Below, in pieces: positions 47,455 through 57,858 of a DNA stretch of 64,000 nucleotides; position 1 is the first letter of the stretch, and every line of letters begins with the position of its first letter. Source of the DNA: an archaeon GW2011_AR15 (lineage in GTDB: Archaea > Nanobdellota > Nanobdellia > Woesearchaeales > GW2011-AR15); assembly GCA_000830295.1 (NCBI GenBank), contig CP010425.1, positions 416,001 through 480,000 on the forward strand, in the 5' to 3' direction. The position numbers and the translations under genes were made by a program. The notes under the pieces are model-generated. The model was not told where the DNA came from, ran no database searches, and was given only the letters and a program-made list of their open reading frames with translations.

Positions 47455-50400
47455 CCAAACCACTTGCCCAGGCCTTCCTGCCTTTCCTTTTCCTTTCCAA
47501 GAACAGAGTCAACCTGCTTCTGCAGAAAATACAATGTCTGCATCAGGTAATCCGATACTTTATATTTTTCAGCGAGGCTTATTGTCGGCTGCAGATACTT
47601 AACTATGCTTCCCTCTGCCACTGTGAAGATTATCTTGCCCTGGCATGATGTGCACCTGCCGGCCAGCGGCGGCCTCCTGTATTTCTTATTGCATGATACG
47701 CACCTGAATCTCTGTGTTGAGAATTTTCTTAGGTTTCCCCTTATGTCCTTCAGGAAATGCTTTTCTATCACAAGCTGGGCAACGTCTCCTGTATTGACTG
47801 CGACTATCTTCTCAGCCAGGTCCATCTGCCCCATCAGCTTGTCCTGCATTGTGGGCAGAAGCTTATATGCCGACCTGAGTACTCCTGAATTTATATCTGA
47901 TATTTCATGCGTGTATCCCATGCCCTCATACTGCTCTTCTGTGTTGAGGACATCATCTATCTGGAGGATTTCAACCTCCCACGGATACTTGTATTCAAGG
48001 GCTGCCTCATACAGCTCAAGAGGATAGCTCCATGCAATGTCCATGCCGTGCACCTCGTCATCAACTTCTCCGGGCACAAGCAGGGAAGTCAGTACTAACG
48101 GAGCGTCCATTGTCCTTGAGCCTCTCTTGTCCGGAAGATATGACCTTGAAAAATTGAGGAATGCGTCAAGAAGAAGTATTACGCTTGCCTCGTCCCCATC
48201 GCAATTCCTCCTCATTGCTGCGTGGAACATGGGGTGGGTGAGCATGCCCTGTGTTTTTGAAAACCCTATTACCCTCCCGACTGTCCCTGCTGACGTATGA
48301 GGCGCAAGGCCGACAACAAGATGGCCTATGATGTCTTTTTTTGTTTTAAGGTTGTAATACGGCGGAAGCCTGTACAGCCTGGCCAGCAGCTCGTCTATAA
48401 AATTTGCTGTCCTGTACAGCATCTCATCTGCAGGCTCTTCTGCTGATTCCGGAGATCCGGGAAGAATCATATCCTGCGGCTTAAGCTCCGCTACCTGCTC
48501 TGCTGACTCCAGTTTTTTTCCATGGATGTCGTGCTTATATCCCAGCTTCTGCAGTTCTGCTATGCTTGTTCCTATTTCTTTCGGCCTGAAATGTGTTATA
48601 GGAAGCTCTATCATATCATACCTTGTTGTGCCGTCTTTGTTAACGTATATTTTATGTTTTGCGCGCAGGACGCCCTTGAGCAGATTTTCTGTAATGTGCG
48701 TTCTGTTGCTTGTTCCCCTTACGCCTTTTATCAGGTCCGGATAGATGGAAAGCCCTGCTCTTTCGAGTGTTTTTGTGAAGATATCATTTATGTCAATGTC
48801 TCTTTTCATGTATTCGTAGACCCTGTCATGCTGGCATTTTTCAGCTATTATCTTGCAGGTTTCGCAGTAATATCTCTTTCTGGTTTTTGTTGCGCAGGTT
48901 TCACAGACAGAGAAGATTGTTTCTTTGCTGCATTTTTCGCAGAAAAAGACAGGGAACTCTGCTGTTATTTTTTTCTTTTCAAATGCAGACTGCAGGCTCT
49001 TCAGCCTTCCTCCCTCTGCGCCGACAGGAAATAGGAAATGCGGGCTGCCTGTCAGCTTTCTCATTTTTGCCTTTTCCGGCCTGCCCATTCTTGCTCCGAT
49101 AAATGTGCCTCCCTTATCCATTATTTGAATTCCTGACGCTGCGGAGAGTATTTCCAAGGTTCCCTCTTCTTTCTTTAGCGCGTCTTTTATTTTCTCCTGG
49201 TTTTTTATGAAAAGCATGTAAACAGTATGGGCGTGCTCCTTTTCTATGACTATAAACTCCCTGTTCACCAGAAGGTGAGGCATGCCTATCTTTTCCAGGA
49301 TCTCTTTTTCTTTCTGGCTGTTGCCCAGTATTAATTTTGTTATTTTTTCATCTTCTTTTTTGACATTGGCAGAAGATATCCATTCTGACAGCGCAGAAAG
49401 CTCTTCTTTTGTGATGTTTTGCCAGAAATATGTGTAATCGGGATGAAGCGGTATCCTAAATTGTTTTGAGATCCTGAACGCCATCCTTGCGGATATTTTT
49501 ATTTTCATTGGGCTTTCGAACAGGTGCCTTATGTTTTCCGGTTCCGCGCCTATAATTTCCGCACACTTGTCAATATCAAGCGAACCAAAGAGTCCTACTG
49601 CCGCCTTTTCAAGGTCCTTTATCCACCATTCCTGGCAATATCCTGCAGGCACAAGCCTGTGCCCGTTCTCTGAAAAATCTCCGTAATTGAAAAGCACGTC
49701 CCCGAGAAACAGTATCTTGTCTATTTCCTCCGTCTTTACTTTATTTGAAGACAGCTGGAGCACTGACCCGTCTTTTATTTTTACTATTGGCCCGTCAATT
49801 GAGTCGCATGGCACAATTGCTGCTGCTTTTCCCGGCCTCTCCATTTTTAGCTGTGTGCCTGTCGCAATATAATTATTCAGAATGTCCATTGTCCTCGGGT
49901 GGATTGCTGCCGCTGCAAGCCCCGTCGTCCTTGTCCTCCCGTATCTGAGCCTAAGCCCCCCTACCCTCATGGGAAAAGACAGCACCGGACGGCCCGCAAC
50001 GAGATCTTCTATAAAAGTATAGTTGGGGGTTATCTTTGCCTTTGTTTCTGTTTTCTCCCCCTTTGCCTTTGCTTTTTTCTGGAGTTCAAGGAATTCTGTG
50101 AGGAAGCCCCAGTCAATGCCGAATTCTTTTCCCCATATCTGGAGCTGCTTGTCGATTTTTTTTGCCTTCTGTGCCATTCCCTCTGCAACAACAAGGCAAA
50201 TTCCCCCCCTTATCCTGTTTGTTTCGACTCTCTCAAGGTCCTTATAGTTTGAGACCTCAAAATCTTCTGTCGGGTCGCCGTTGATCTCTATCGGCATATG
50301 CTCTACCAGATATGTAATCTCTTCTTCTGACGGCACATACTGGAGATTGGTGACCCTGTCATGGTAGTCCCTTATTTCTATTGCTGTCCTCAGGATTTCT

Positions 50401-50957
50401 TTTGCTGTGGGGTCATACGGATAGTAGCCCATCTTTATTCGGACATAGTCCGCAATGATGACAGAAAAGGCCTCTGCTGTTCCTCCTGCTGCCCTGATTG
50501 GCCCGGCATAAAATGCAGAGAGATATTCCTTGCCGTCCCTTCTTTTTTTTATTTTAAGCTCTATAAATCCCTCCAGCGGCGCTGAAATAACCCCGAGGGT
50601 TATATACGCCAGGCCTACCCTGATTCCTGTTTCCATTGCCTTTAGTTTTGATTCGTGCCTGTAGAATTTATCCTGGGCAACTTCTTCTGCAATCTTCAGC
50701 GCAACCCTCCAGTCGAGCTGGCCGTATTTTTTTTCAAGCTGGACTATCCTCTGGGCAACTCCCGAGCCGAGTATCTTCGGAGAAACAGCACTTATCAGAC
50801 CTTCAACTCTCTGGGCAACTCCCTTTGCAATTGGTATGTCAACCTTTTGCTCAGGGTCAAAAGATAGTTCCCTCGCTTTTTTTGCAAGCTCGTATGTTTC
50901 CAGGACTCCTGAATCTATCCTGTCAAAGTATTCTGTCATCCCTTTTGAAGCGTTCAT
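47451..50957 (-). CDS. polC: DNA polymerase D large subunit DP2
   Basis: AGPIRAAGGT, LRYGRTR, RRNCDGDE, MDAPLVL, Zn fingers; ATG 50957. Confidence 0.98.
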   Translation of the reverse strand: MNASKGMTEYFDRIDSGVLETYELAKKARELSFDPEQKVDIPIAKGVAQRVEGLISAVSPKILGSGVAQRIVQLEKKYGQLDWRVALKIAEEVAQDKFYRHESKLKAMETGIRVGLAYITLGVISAPLEGFIELKIKKRRDGKEYLSAFYAGPIRAAGGTAEAFSVIIADYVRIKMGYYPYDPTAKEILRTAIEIRDYHDRVTNLQYVPSEEEITYLVEHMPIEINGDPTEDFEVSNYKDLERVETNRIRGGICLVVAEGMAQKAKKIDKQLQIWGKEFGIDWGFLTEFLELQKKAKAKGEKTETKAKITPNYTFIEDLVAGRPVLSFPMRVGGLRLRYGRTRTTGLAAAAIHPRTMDILNNYIATGTQLKMERPGKAAAIVPCDSIDGPIVKIKDGSVLQLSSNKVKTEEIDKILFLGDVLFNYGDFSENGHRLVPAGYCQEWWIKDLEKAAVGLFGSLDIDKCAEIIGAEPENIRHLFESPMKIKISARMAFRISKQFRIPLHPDYTYFWQNITKEELSALSEWISSANVKKEDEKITKLILGNSQKEKEILEKIGMPHLLVNREFIVIEKEHAHTVYMLFIKNQEKIKDALKKEEGTLEILSAASGIQIMDKGGTFIGARMGRPEKAKMRKLTGSPHFLFPVGAEGGRLKSLQSAFEKKKITAEFPVFFCEKCSKETIFSVCETCATKTRKRYYCETCKIIAEKCQHDRVYEYMKRDIDINDIFTKTLERAGLSIYPDLIKGVRGTSNRTHITENLLKGVLRAKHKIYVNKDGTTRYDMIELPITHFRPKEIGTSIAELQKLGYKHDIHGKKLESAEQVAELKPQDMILPGSPESAEEPADEMLYRTANFIDELLARLYRLPPYYNLKTKKDIIGHLVVGLAPHTSAGTVGRVIGFSKTQGMLTHPMFHAAMRRNCDGDEASVILLLDAFLNFSRSYLPDKRGSRTMDAPLVLTSLLVPGEVDDEVHGMDIAWSYPLELYEAALEYKYPWEVEILQIDDVLNTEEQYEGMGYTHEISDINSGVLRSAYKLLPTMQDKLMGQMDLAEKIVAVNTGDVAQLVIEKHFLKDIRGNLRKFSTQRFRCVSCNKKYRRPPLAGRCTSCQGKIIFTVAEGSIVKYLQPTISLAEKYKVSDYLMQTLYFLQKQVDSVLGKEKERQEGLGKWFG

Positions 50958-52375
50958 TTTGATTCGAAGTTTATCTTGGTTGTTTTTCTTGTCTGGAGGT
51001 CTATGTATATTGCCCATGCCGGCTGCGGCATAAGTCCCCTCCTTTCCTGGTATTTTGTCTGTGATATCCAGCAGGAGCAGTTGAGGAGTGTGACATTCCT
51101 GTAAGTATCGACAGATATCCTGTGAACGTGCCCGGTTGCGAGTATGTCCGGTACATCTTCTATTACAAGCGGGTCTCCATCATATCCCAGCTGATACTGT
51201 GTTGAGCCGTGTGTGGGGGCCAGGTGCCGCCTCTTTAGAAGGTATTTTAGAATGTTTTCTGTTGCCTCAAGGCCGCCTGCCTGCCTGATGGAATTGATGC
51301 TGGAAGCATAATAAGGGAAGGAAAACCCGTGGTAAAGCAAAATATCGATGCCGCTGAATGCCGCTGTCCTCCCTATGTTCACTATGCTCGGGCTGGAAAC
51401 GAGTATAATGTTTTCCTTTGATACAAGTTCCGGGATTAACTCTGACGGGAGTTCCGGCTGGGGCTCTGCTATTCTCACCGGGTCGTGGTTGCCGGGGCAG
51501 AGGATTATGGTAATATGCTCAGGAATTTTTTTTATGTAGTCGCTGAACTGCCTGTACTGCCCATATATATCTTCAACCTCAAGCTCTTTTTCCTGGCCGG
51601 GAAAAATTCCTATCCCCTCAACCAGGTCGCCGACTATGAAAAGGTATTTTATTTTTGATACCAATTCTTTCTGTGCTGCATCTCCTGTTTCTCCCCTTAT
51701 CCAGGAAATAAATTTTTCAAATTCTTTTCTCAGAAAAACCTGTGAGCCTATGTGAATGTCACTTATGAACACGGCTGCTTCTGCGTCCGGGCTTTTTTTA
51801 AGTTCTTTCGTGAGCGGAACGTCCGGCTGGACAATTGTGTTAAGGAAAATTATGTCGTTTCCTTTCATCCCTCCCACACCAACAACCTCATCCGGCGTCA
51901 GGTCTTTTGCCTGAGTGTGGAGGTCTTTGTTGTTTTTTGTGACAACTGCCTTTATAGTGCCTGTCTGGTCTTCCAGAACAAGCATGACATTGTCATTTTT
52001 TGTGACGCTAACATCCATTATCATGGCAATCAGTGAAACCTGTTCGCCTTCCTGGGCGGTCTTGCACTTTCTTATGGACATCGCATGCTCAAGCTCTCTC
52101 CTGCCCATAAGGATAGACTGGAGAAGTAGGTATCTGCTGTTATAAGTGTTGACAAAATCCATGAGGTCTTTTTTTGCGCTCTGTTCCTCATATGTTTTCA
52201 CAACCTCCACTTTTCTCCTGTGTGCCGGATGTTTTTTATCCTCTTTTCTTATTGGTGTTGTCTCGGTGGCGGGTTGGCCCTCCTGTTTTTCTGGGATGTT
52301 GCCAAGGTCTGCCTCGGTCATGTCTGGGCTTACCAGTATGCCCTTCTCCAGATATTCCTTTATTTTATCCCTCAT
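50954..52375 (-). CDS. polB: DNA polymerase D small subunit DP1
   Basis: OB fold plus SDIHIGS, GDLVEG, PGNHD, RHLAP, GHVH motifs. Confidence 0.97.
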   Translation of the reverse strand: MRDKIKEYLEKGILVSPDMTEADLGNIPEKQEGQPATETTPIRKEDKKHPAHRRKVEVVKTYEEQSAKKDLMDFVNTYNSRYLLLQSILMGRRELEHAMSIRKCKTAQEGEQVSLIAMIMDVSVTKNDNVMLVLEDQTGTIKAVVTKNNKDLHTQAKDLTPDEVVGVGGMKGNDIIFLNTIVQPDVPLTKELKKSPDAEAAVFISDIHIGSQVFLRKEFEKFISWIRGETGDAAQKELVSKIKYLFIVGDLVEGIGIFPGQEKELEVEDIYGQYRQFSDYIKKIPEHITIILCPGNHDPVRIAEPQPELPSELIPELVSKENIILVSSPSIVNIGRTAAFSGIDILLYHGFSFPYYASSINSIRQAGGLEATENILKYLLKRRHLAPTHGSTQYQLGYDGDPLVIEDVPDILATGHVHRISVDTYRNVTLLNCSCWISQTKYQERRGLMPQPAWAIYIDLQTRKTTKINFESK

Positions 52376-52376
52376 T

Positions 52377-53591
52377 CTACAAACCCAGGGCCTGTGTAAG
52401 AATCGTTTTGCATTTCTGCTTTATTGTACTCCCTATTTCTGATTTTATCTCCCTTGTCCTCCCGTATCTCCCCTTTGAAATTATAGTTGCATTTATGATT
52501 CCGAGCATGTCAAGTTCGCCGATTATATCTGATATCCTCCTCTGTGTAAGCGGCCTAAGATCTGTCTTGAGGCAGAGTTTCTTGTAAATTTCATAAACAT
52601 CGCCAGTATATACGCTCAGACTGTTGTTTTTTTCAAACATGAAAAGGATGCTGAGCAGTGCAACCTGAGACTGCTTTGGCTGGGTCTTTACTATCTCCAG
52701 AATCCTTTCTTTCTCTATTTTTTCCTCCGCATCGTCCAGGTGGTCTATTCTGACTTTTGAAATCCCTTTTCTTTCAGCAATCTCTCCTGCAACCCTCAGC
52801 AATTCCAGCGCCCTTCTGGCGTCCCCGTGCTCCCTTGCCGAATATGCTGCGCATTTTTCAATCACTCCTGCTTCAAGTGCATCATTTTTGAATGCCTGCT
52901 CTGCTCTTTTCTTCAGGATTTCCTTGAGCTGCACTGCATTGTATGGTGGAAACACGAGCTCCTCTTCGCTAAGCGAACTCCTCACCCTTGGGTCCATGCT
53001 TTCTGTAAATATCAGGTTGTTGCTGATCCCTATCAGGGTAATTGTTGTGGCGGAGATTTCCGTGTTGATTCTCGTCAGGTTGTAAATAACTTCGTCTCCG
53101 GCCTTTTTGATCAGCTGGTCTATTTCGTCAAGAATTATAATCACGTTCTTTTGCTTGGATTTCTCAAGAATCTTGAAAAATTTGTTGTATACCTCGTCTG
53201 TCGGCAGGCCGGTGTACGGCACCTCTTCTTCAAATTCTTTTATCAGCTGTGCAATCAGCCGGTATTCTGTGTCTGCAATCCTTTTCATCTTGCAGTTGAG
53301 GTATATTATTTTAAGCGGAATTTTTCTTTCTGTTGCAATCTGCTCCATCTTTCCGGAGACGTGCTTTATCGTAAGTGTCTTGCCGGACCCGGTCTTGCCA
53401 TAAATGAAGAGATTGGAGGGTTTGTCCTGCTTCAGTGCGGGCGCAAGGATGGCGGCAATTGTGTTTATCTGCTCCTCCCTGTGGATAACTGTTTCCGGAG
53501 TATATGATGCCTGAAGGGACTTCTTGTCCTTGAAAATAAGATTCTCATCAAGATACTTCTCAAAAAACCCCGCCAGCCCCTTTTGTGCCAT
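52377..53591 (-). CDS. cdc6: Orc1/Cdc6 replication initiator
   Basis: GKTGSGKT, LDEIDQL, DPRVRSSL, GDARRAL, GRYGRT; ATG 53591. Confidence 0.98.
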   Translation of the reverse strand: MAQKGLAGFFEKYLDENLIFKDKKSLQASYTPETVIHREEQINTIAAILAPALKQDKPSNLFIYGKTGSGKTLTIKHVSGKMEQIATERKIPLKIIYLNCKMKRIADTEYRLIAQLIKEFEEEVPYTGLPTDEVYNKFFKILEKSKQKNVIIILDEIDQLIKKAGDEVIYNLTRINTEISATTITLIGISNNLIFTESMDPRVRSSLSEEELVFPPYNAVQLKEILKKRAEQAFKNDALEAGVIEKCAAYSAREHGDARRALELLRVAGEIAERKGISKVRIDHLDDAEEKIEKERILEIVKTQPKQSQVALLSILFMFEKNNSLSVYTGDVYEIYKKLCLKTDLRPLTQRRISDIIGELDMLGIINATIISKGRYGRTREIKSEIGSTIKQKCKTILTQALGL

Positions 53592-53595
53592 TCGG

Positions 53596-53800
53596 GTTTC
53601 CAGATGAAATATAGGTTTATAAAGTTTTGTGTTCTCAATCTTTCGTGCCCCCCTCCCCATGTTTTCCTGTGGAACTCGCGTATTTGGTTTTTTTGTTTCT
53701 TGGTTTTTATTTTATTTATTTTTATTTTTCAATATAGTAAATAATATAATTTTAAGAATTCTTTTTTATTTTATACCCGTTCCAAAAGAAACCGGGGGGG
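53596..53800. promoter_or_regulatory. oriC: Replication origin oriC: inverted ORBs flanking an AT-rich unwinding element
   Basis: Minus-strand GTTCCACAGGAAAACATGGGGAGGGGGG (53648-53675); plus-strand GTTCCAAAAGAAACCGGGGGGG (53779-53800); AT-rich 53681-53775; mini-ORB TTTCCAGATGAAA (53597-53609); upstream of cdc6. Confidence 0.88.
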
Positions 53801-53949
53801 CCGGGCGGATGCCACCACTACCTAATGATAAATAACCTAAACCTTTAAATATAAACAATTGTTCACTTCCACTCTCACAGGCAGAAGGTTCAGGGAAGCC
53901 ACAAAGAAAAGGGAGAACACAGCAAAGAAAGAACGCGAGGGGAAAAAGA

Positions 53950-54723
53950 ATGATTGTTGAAAAAAAAATATTATCAAAACTAAAGGACTTTGGCCTTAAT
54001 TCATATGAAAGTAAGGTGTGGGTTGCTCTGCTCTCAAGGGGAGTTTCTACCGCAGGGGAGCTTTCTGACATTGCAAATGTTCCAAGGTCAAGATCCTATG
54101 ATGTTCTGGAAAGCCTTGAAAAAAAGGGATTTGTTGTGATGAAACTGGGAAAGCCAATAAAATATATTGCAGTGCCGCCGCCCGAGGCAATAGAAAGGCT
54201 AAAGAAGAGAGTTGCTGCAGAGGCCGAGGAGCACAGCAAGATTCTTGAAGAACTAAAGGACAGTGAGGTTATGTTACAGCTTACCTCTCTCCATACCGAC
54301 GGGATAGAGACACAGGACCCAAGCGAGCTGACAGGGAGCCTGAAGGGAAGAGAAAATATATACAACCACCTCGAATATCAAATAAAATCTGCAAAGAACC
54401 GCGTTGTTATAGCAACAACAGAAGAGGGGCTCAAAAGAAAAACAGTGGCACTCCTTAAGCAGATAAAAAAAGCAAAAGAGAGGGGAGTTGAGATTATGAT
54501 TGCAGCACCCTATACAGAAAAGACAAAGAAAGAAAGGGAAATGCTTTCAGAATATGCAGAGATGAAAAACATAACCATGCCAAGCACAAGGGCATGCATT
54601 GTGGACAACAAACAGGTTACGCTGATGCTTACAGACGACAAAGAGGTTCATCCGAGCTATGATCTTGCGATATGGATGAACTCGCCATATTTTGCCAAAT
54701 CTTTGACGTCGGCTCTTAACTGA
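53950..54723 (+). CDS. TrmB-family transcriptional regulator
   Basis: GLNSYESK, VPRSRSYDVLESLEKKG, C-terminal PLD-like effector domain. Confidence 0.92.
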   Translation: MIVEKKILSKLKDFGLNSYESKVWVALLSRGVSTAGELSDIANVPRSRSYDVLESLEKKGFVVMKLGKPIKYIAVPPPEAIERLKKRVAAEAEEHSKILEELKDSEVMLQLTSLHTDGIETQDPSELTGSLKGRENIYNHLEYQIKSAKNRVVIATTEEGLKRKTVALLKQIKKAKERGVEIMIAAPYTEKTKKEREMLSEYAEMKNITMPSTRACIVDNKQVTLMLTDDKEVHPSYDLAIWMNSPYFAKSLTSALN

Positions 54724-54756
54724 TTTTTCTCTTACTTTATTCTCTTTTTTCTTTAT
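54724..54756 (+). terminator. T-rich archaeal terminator-like tract
   Basis: Several oligo-T runs directly after the trmB stop. Confidence 0.4.
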
Positions 54757-54818
54757 CAAAAACTTTATATAGTCTATTCTTTAATTTATATTTAAAAACT
54801 CAAAGAGGTGCGCAAAAC

Positions 54819-55049
54819 ATGGTATTTTCATCAGGAGAACAGGTAATTTTAGCGGTCATAATCGGCACGCTTGCGGCAATAGTGTACAGTCTCAGAGTCC
54901 TTGTATTAATGGAAAGAAGGATTGCAAGGCTGGATGAAAATATTGAGAAGCTGGTTAAATCCGTGCTGAGAGAAGAACTGAAGATAGAAAAAGAAGAGCA
55001 AGTGATAGAAAAGGAACTGGGTAGAAAAAGAAAAATAAAGAAGAGATAA
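54819..55049 (+). CDS. Small membrane-anchored coiled-coil protein
   Basis: GAGGTG SD, N-terminal TM, heptad region, basic tail. Confidence 0.75.
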   Translation: MVFSSGEQVILAVIIGTLAAIVYSLRVLVLMERRIARLDENIEKLVKSVLREELKIEKEEQVIEKELGRKRKIKKR

Positions 55050-55050
55050 A

Positions 55051-55887
55051 ATGGAACACCAGGTAGGGAAAGAGCTCCTTACATACTATAACCAGGACAT
55101 TTCTGCAAAAGCAGGGCTTGAGACAATATATGCCCTTACACAGGAGGAAGGAATAGGGTTTGCAGAGCTGTTCCACGCCAGGGACGCGCTTTTGTCCAAA
55201 GAGCCGCACAATATTGTTCTCAGGAATATTACAGAGCAGTTTTTAAGCAAACTGTCCCGGCACAACCTTGGGCAGGAGGCGGGAGAAAAAAAACAAAGGC
55301 TGCAGGAGGCACTTGACGAAGCAGAGAAAAACGTCGCAATCCACGTATCAAAGAAGATAAAAAAAGGCAGCACCGCCTTTTTTCATTCATTGAACCACCA
55401 CCTTGTCTCTGCGGAAAAGCACACATCAAAGCACAAGAACTTCTGGGTAAATCTTGTTGATAACTATCCGCTGAACTTTGGGTCTCTCTTTCACAATTTT
55501 CTTCAGAAAAACAGAAAAAATTCAAAGCTCTTCTTTGATCTTGCAATGGAAAAGGCAGTAGCTGAATCAGACGCGTGCTTTCTTGGTGCAGATGCAGTTA
55601 CAAACAAAGGAAACTCAATCGTAAAGACAGGAAGTCAAATGGCTGCGGATATGGCGGCAAAGAACCGCGTGCCCCTCTATGTCTGTGCACCCTCATGGAA
55701 ATTTGACTTCAGGGGGGAAGCAGCCAAGCATTTTTTCAAAGAAAAAGAGATAAAAAACAGGCAGGGCCACATCTTTGAAGAGCTCCCGAAGAACAAGATT
55801 ACTGCCTATATAACGGAAAACGGAATTTTCAAGCCAGACCAGGCGTTCTCGGAGCTGAAAATCCATGGCAACCTTTTTAACTTCTGA
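55051..55887 (+). CDS. Divergent eIF-2B / ribose-1,5-bisphosphate isomerase family protein
   Basis: FLGADAV, KTGS, PLYVCAPSWKF, ITENGI. Confidence 0.75.
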   Translation: MEHQVGKELLTYYNQDISAKAGLETIYALTQEEGIGFAELFHARDALLSKEPHNIVLRNITEQFLSKLSRHNLGQEAGEKKQRLQEALDEAEKNVAIHVSKKIKKGSTAFFHSLNHHLVSAEKHTSKHKNFWVNLVDNYPLNFGSLFHNFLQKNRKNSKLFFDLAMEKAVAESDACFLGADAVTNKGNSIVKTGSQMAADMAAKNRVPLYVCAPSWKFDFRGEAAKHFFKEKEIKNRQGHIFEELPKNKITAYITENGIFKPDQAFSELKIHGNLFNF

Positions 55888-56260
55888 CCAGGGTATCAAA
55901 GTCCAGGCCTTTGTTTTCACACTCTTTTTTATGAAATACCATGTTCTGCCCCGTGTCCTCAAGGTCCTCAGGATTGACAAATACCCAGTCTCTTGAAAAT
56001 TTTATTGCGATCCAGGGCTCTGCCCCAAAATACTGTGAGAAATTGGACAGCTGCTTTATCTGGTCTTTCTGAAAATATTTTTTATCGGCTTTTGTTGCCT
56101 TTACTTCTATTGCCAGTCTTCTTATGCCGTTGCCTGCAAGAAGATCAGGAGAAGGAAAGTGCATGCTTCCTGAACCTGCAGACCGCATTGCTGCCCAGGA
56201 AGCACCCCAGAGCATGTTAAGAAGTTCTCTCTCAGCATTGCTGCCTTTTATCTTTGACAT
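55877..56260 (-). CDS. hjc: Holliday junction resolvase Hjc
   Basis: KGSNAEREL, RSAGSG, PDLLAG, IEVK. Confidence 0.95.
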   Translation of the reverse strand: MSKIKGSNAERELLNMLWGASWAAMRSAGSGSMHFPSPDLLAGNGIRRLAIEVKATKADKKYFQKDQIKQLSNFSQYFGAEPWIAIKFSRDWVFVNPEDLEDTGQNMVFHKKECENKGLDFDTLVRS

Positions 56261-56264
56261 ATTT

Positions 56265-57152
56265 TTAGGGCCTGATTTTCATGAAATCGTGCGCAATTCG
56301 CACATCTCTGAAAACAGTTTTTGCCTCTTCCAGCACATTTTCCGGAGTTTTATATCGCTGTGACAAGTGAGTAAGTATAAGCTCCTTTACCCCGGACCGA
56401 GATGCGGCTGTTGCTGCCTGCCTTGCAGTCATATGCTTATATTCCTCTGCTTTGTTCTCCAAATCCGAAGTAAAGGAAGCCTCGGAGATAAGAAGATCCG
56501 CGTCCTGTGCCAGATCATAGACCCCGTTGCAGAGCATAGTATCAAGCACAACAGCAATTTTTTTGCCTTCTACAACATAAGTTGTGTCTTTAGGCGACAC
56601 AATTTTTCCCTTCCACCTCACTGGTTTATTTTCCTGCAGTTTTCCCAGCAGCGGCCCATCCGGAATCCCAAGTTTTTTTATGACATTTGTCTTTATCCTT
56701 CTTTTATCCTTTTCTTCAATCCTGTAACCAAGGCACGGCATGCCGTGTTCAAGTTCCCTGGAAATGACAGAAAAGTCCCTGAATTTCAGTTCTGTGTTTT
56801 TTATTTCCTTAATCGAATGTTCAAACTCTATATTAAATGAAAATGCCTTAAACAGGTGTTCAAGCCTTTCTTTTGTCCCTTCCGGGCCGTATATCTCGAG
56901 CTTCCTGTCATAATCTGACGTGCCGAGCGTCTGCAGAAGCCCGGGGAGCCCAAGGACATGGTCTCCGTGCCAATGCGTTATGAATATCTTTGATATCCTG
57001 CCCGGCCGTATATCCGCTATTTTCAGCTGCCGTTGCGTCCCCTCCCCGCAGTCTATAAGAAGGCCTTCGCCATTATGAGAGATAAAAATAGACTGGTGGT
57101 TTCTTTCCTTTGTTGGCACCATGCTTCCTGTGCCGAGAAAAACAACTTCCAT
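56265..57152 (-). CDS. rnz: Ribonuclease Z
   Basis: LGTG..PT.ERN, DCGEGTQRQ, HWHGDH, THLSQRY. Confidence 0.97.
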   Translation of the reverse strand: MEVVFLGTGSMVPTKERNHQSIFISHNGEGLLIDCGEGTQRQLKIADIRPGRISKIFITHWHGDHVLGLPGLLQTLGTSDYDRKLEIYGPEGTKERLEHLFKAFSFNIEFEHSIKEIKNTELKFRDFSVISRELEHGMPCLGYRIEEKDKRRIKTNVIKKLGIPDGPLLGKLQENKPVRWKGKIVSPKDTTYVVEGKKIAVVLDTMLCNGVYDLAQDADLLISEASFTSDLENKAEEYKHMTARQAATAASRSGVKELILTHLSQRYKTPENVLEEAKTVFRDVRIAHDFMKIRP

Positions 57153-57270
57153 TTATGCAGGTAATGTATGTTTGTTTTTATATATTGTGAAGGGCAAGTT
57201 ATTATTTTCTATATAGAAAATAATTAATAAAATAAAATTCTTTTTATACCCGGCAGGGTTCCAGACATAT

Positions 57271-57825
57271 ATGCCAAAACAAAAAGAAGATCCGGGGCCA
57301 AGAGAACCAGTCATGGCAAAATTCTACAAAGGAGAGGTGTTGCTGGAAAAATCTCCGGCAGCCCTTGAATTATTTAACCAGAGCAGATACGGGGCACTGC
57401 GCGGGGAGAGGGTAATTCTTTCACCAATAGAAGGGCTATACCTTCTTGAAAAAGAGAGACTTGAAGTAACAGATGCCAGAAACCATAAGCTGGACTATGA
57501 TGAATATCTGAAAAAAGCAGCAAGGGCACAGCCGAATTTTCCAACAAGATATGCAGTGTTTAGGGATTTGAGGAACAGGGGATATATAGTCAAGACAGCC
57601 CTCAAGTTTGGAGCAGATTTCAGAGTATATGAAAGGGGAGTCAGGCCAGGAGACGACCATGCAAAATGGGTTGTTTATCCTGTCCAGGAAGGAGAAACCC
57701 TGACATGGTATGAATTTGCAGCAAAGAACAGGGTCGCGCATTCAACAAAAAAGAGGCTTCTGCTTGGAGTTGCTGATGAGGAGCAGGATGTTTCCTACTG
57801 GGAATGCCGCTGGGTGAGACCATAA
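57271..57825 (+). CDS. endA: tRNA-intron endonuclease
   Basis: DLRNRGY.VKTALKFGADFRVY, H, RVAHSTKK. Confidence 0.94.
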   Translation: MPKQKEDPGPREPVMAKFYKGEVLLEKSPAALELFNQSRYGALRGERVILSPIEGLYLLEKERLEVTDARNHKLDYDEYLKKAARAQPNFPTRYAVFRDLRNRGYIVKTALKFGADFRVYERGVRPGDDHAKWVVYPVQEGETLTWYEFAAKNRVAHSTKKRLLLGVADEEQDVSYWECRWVRP

Positions 57826-57858
57826 TCTTTATATAAGTACTTCACAATTTCTGAATGT

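Noticed and set aside
47451-50957. Inteins in DP2 (also checked in MCM and Cdc6)
   Set aside because: The usual insertion sites (RRNCDGDE, Walker motifs) are uninterrupted and lengths are normal
57176-57190. NrdR-box-like TATATATTGTG
   Set aside because: Only a half match, single copy, and it coincides with the probable rnz TATA region
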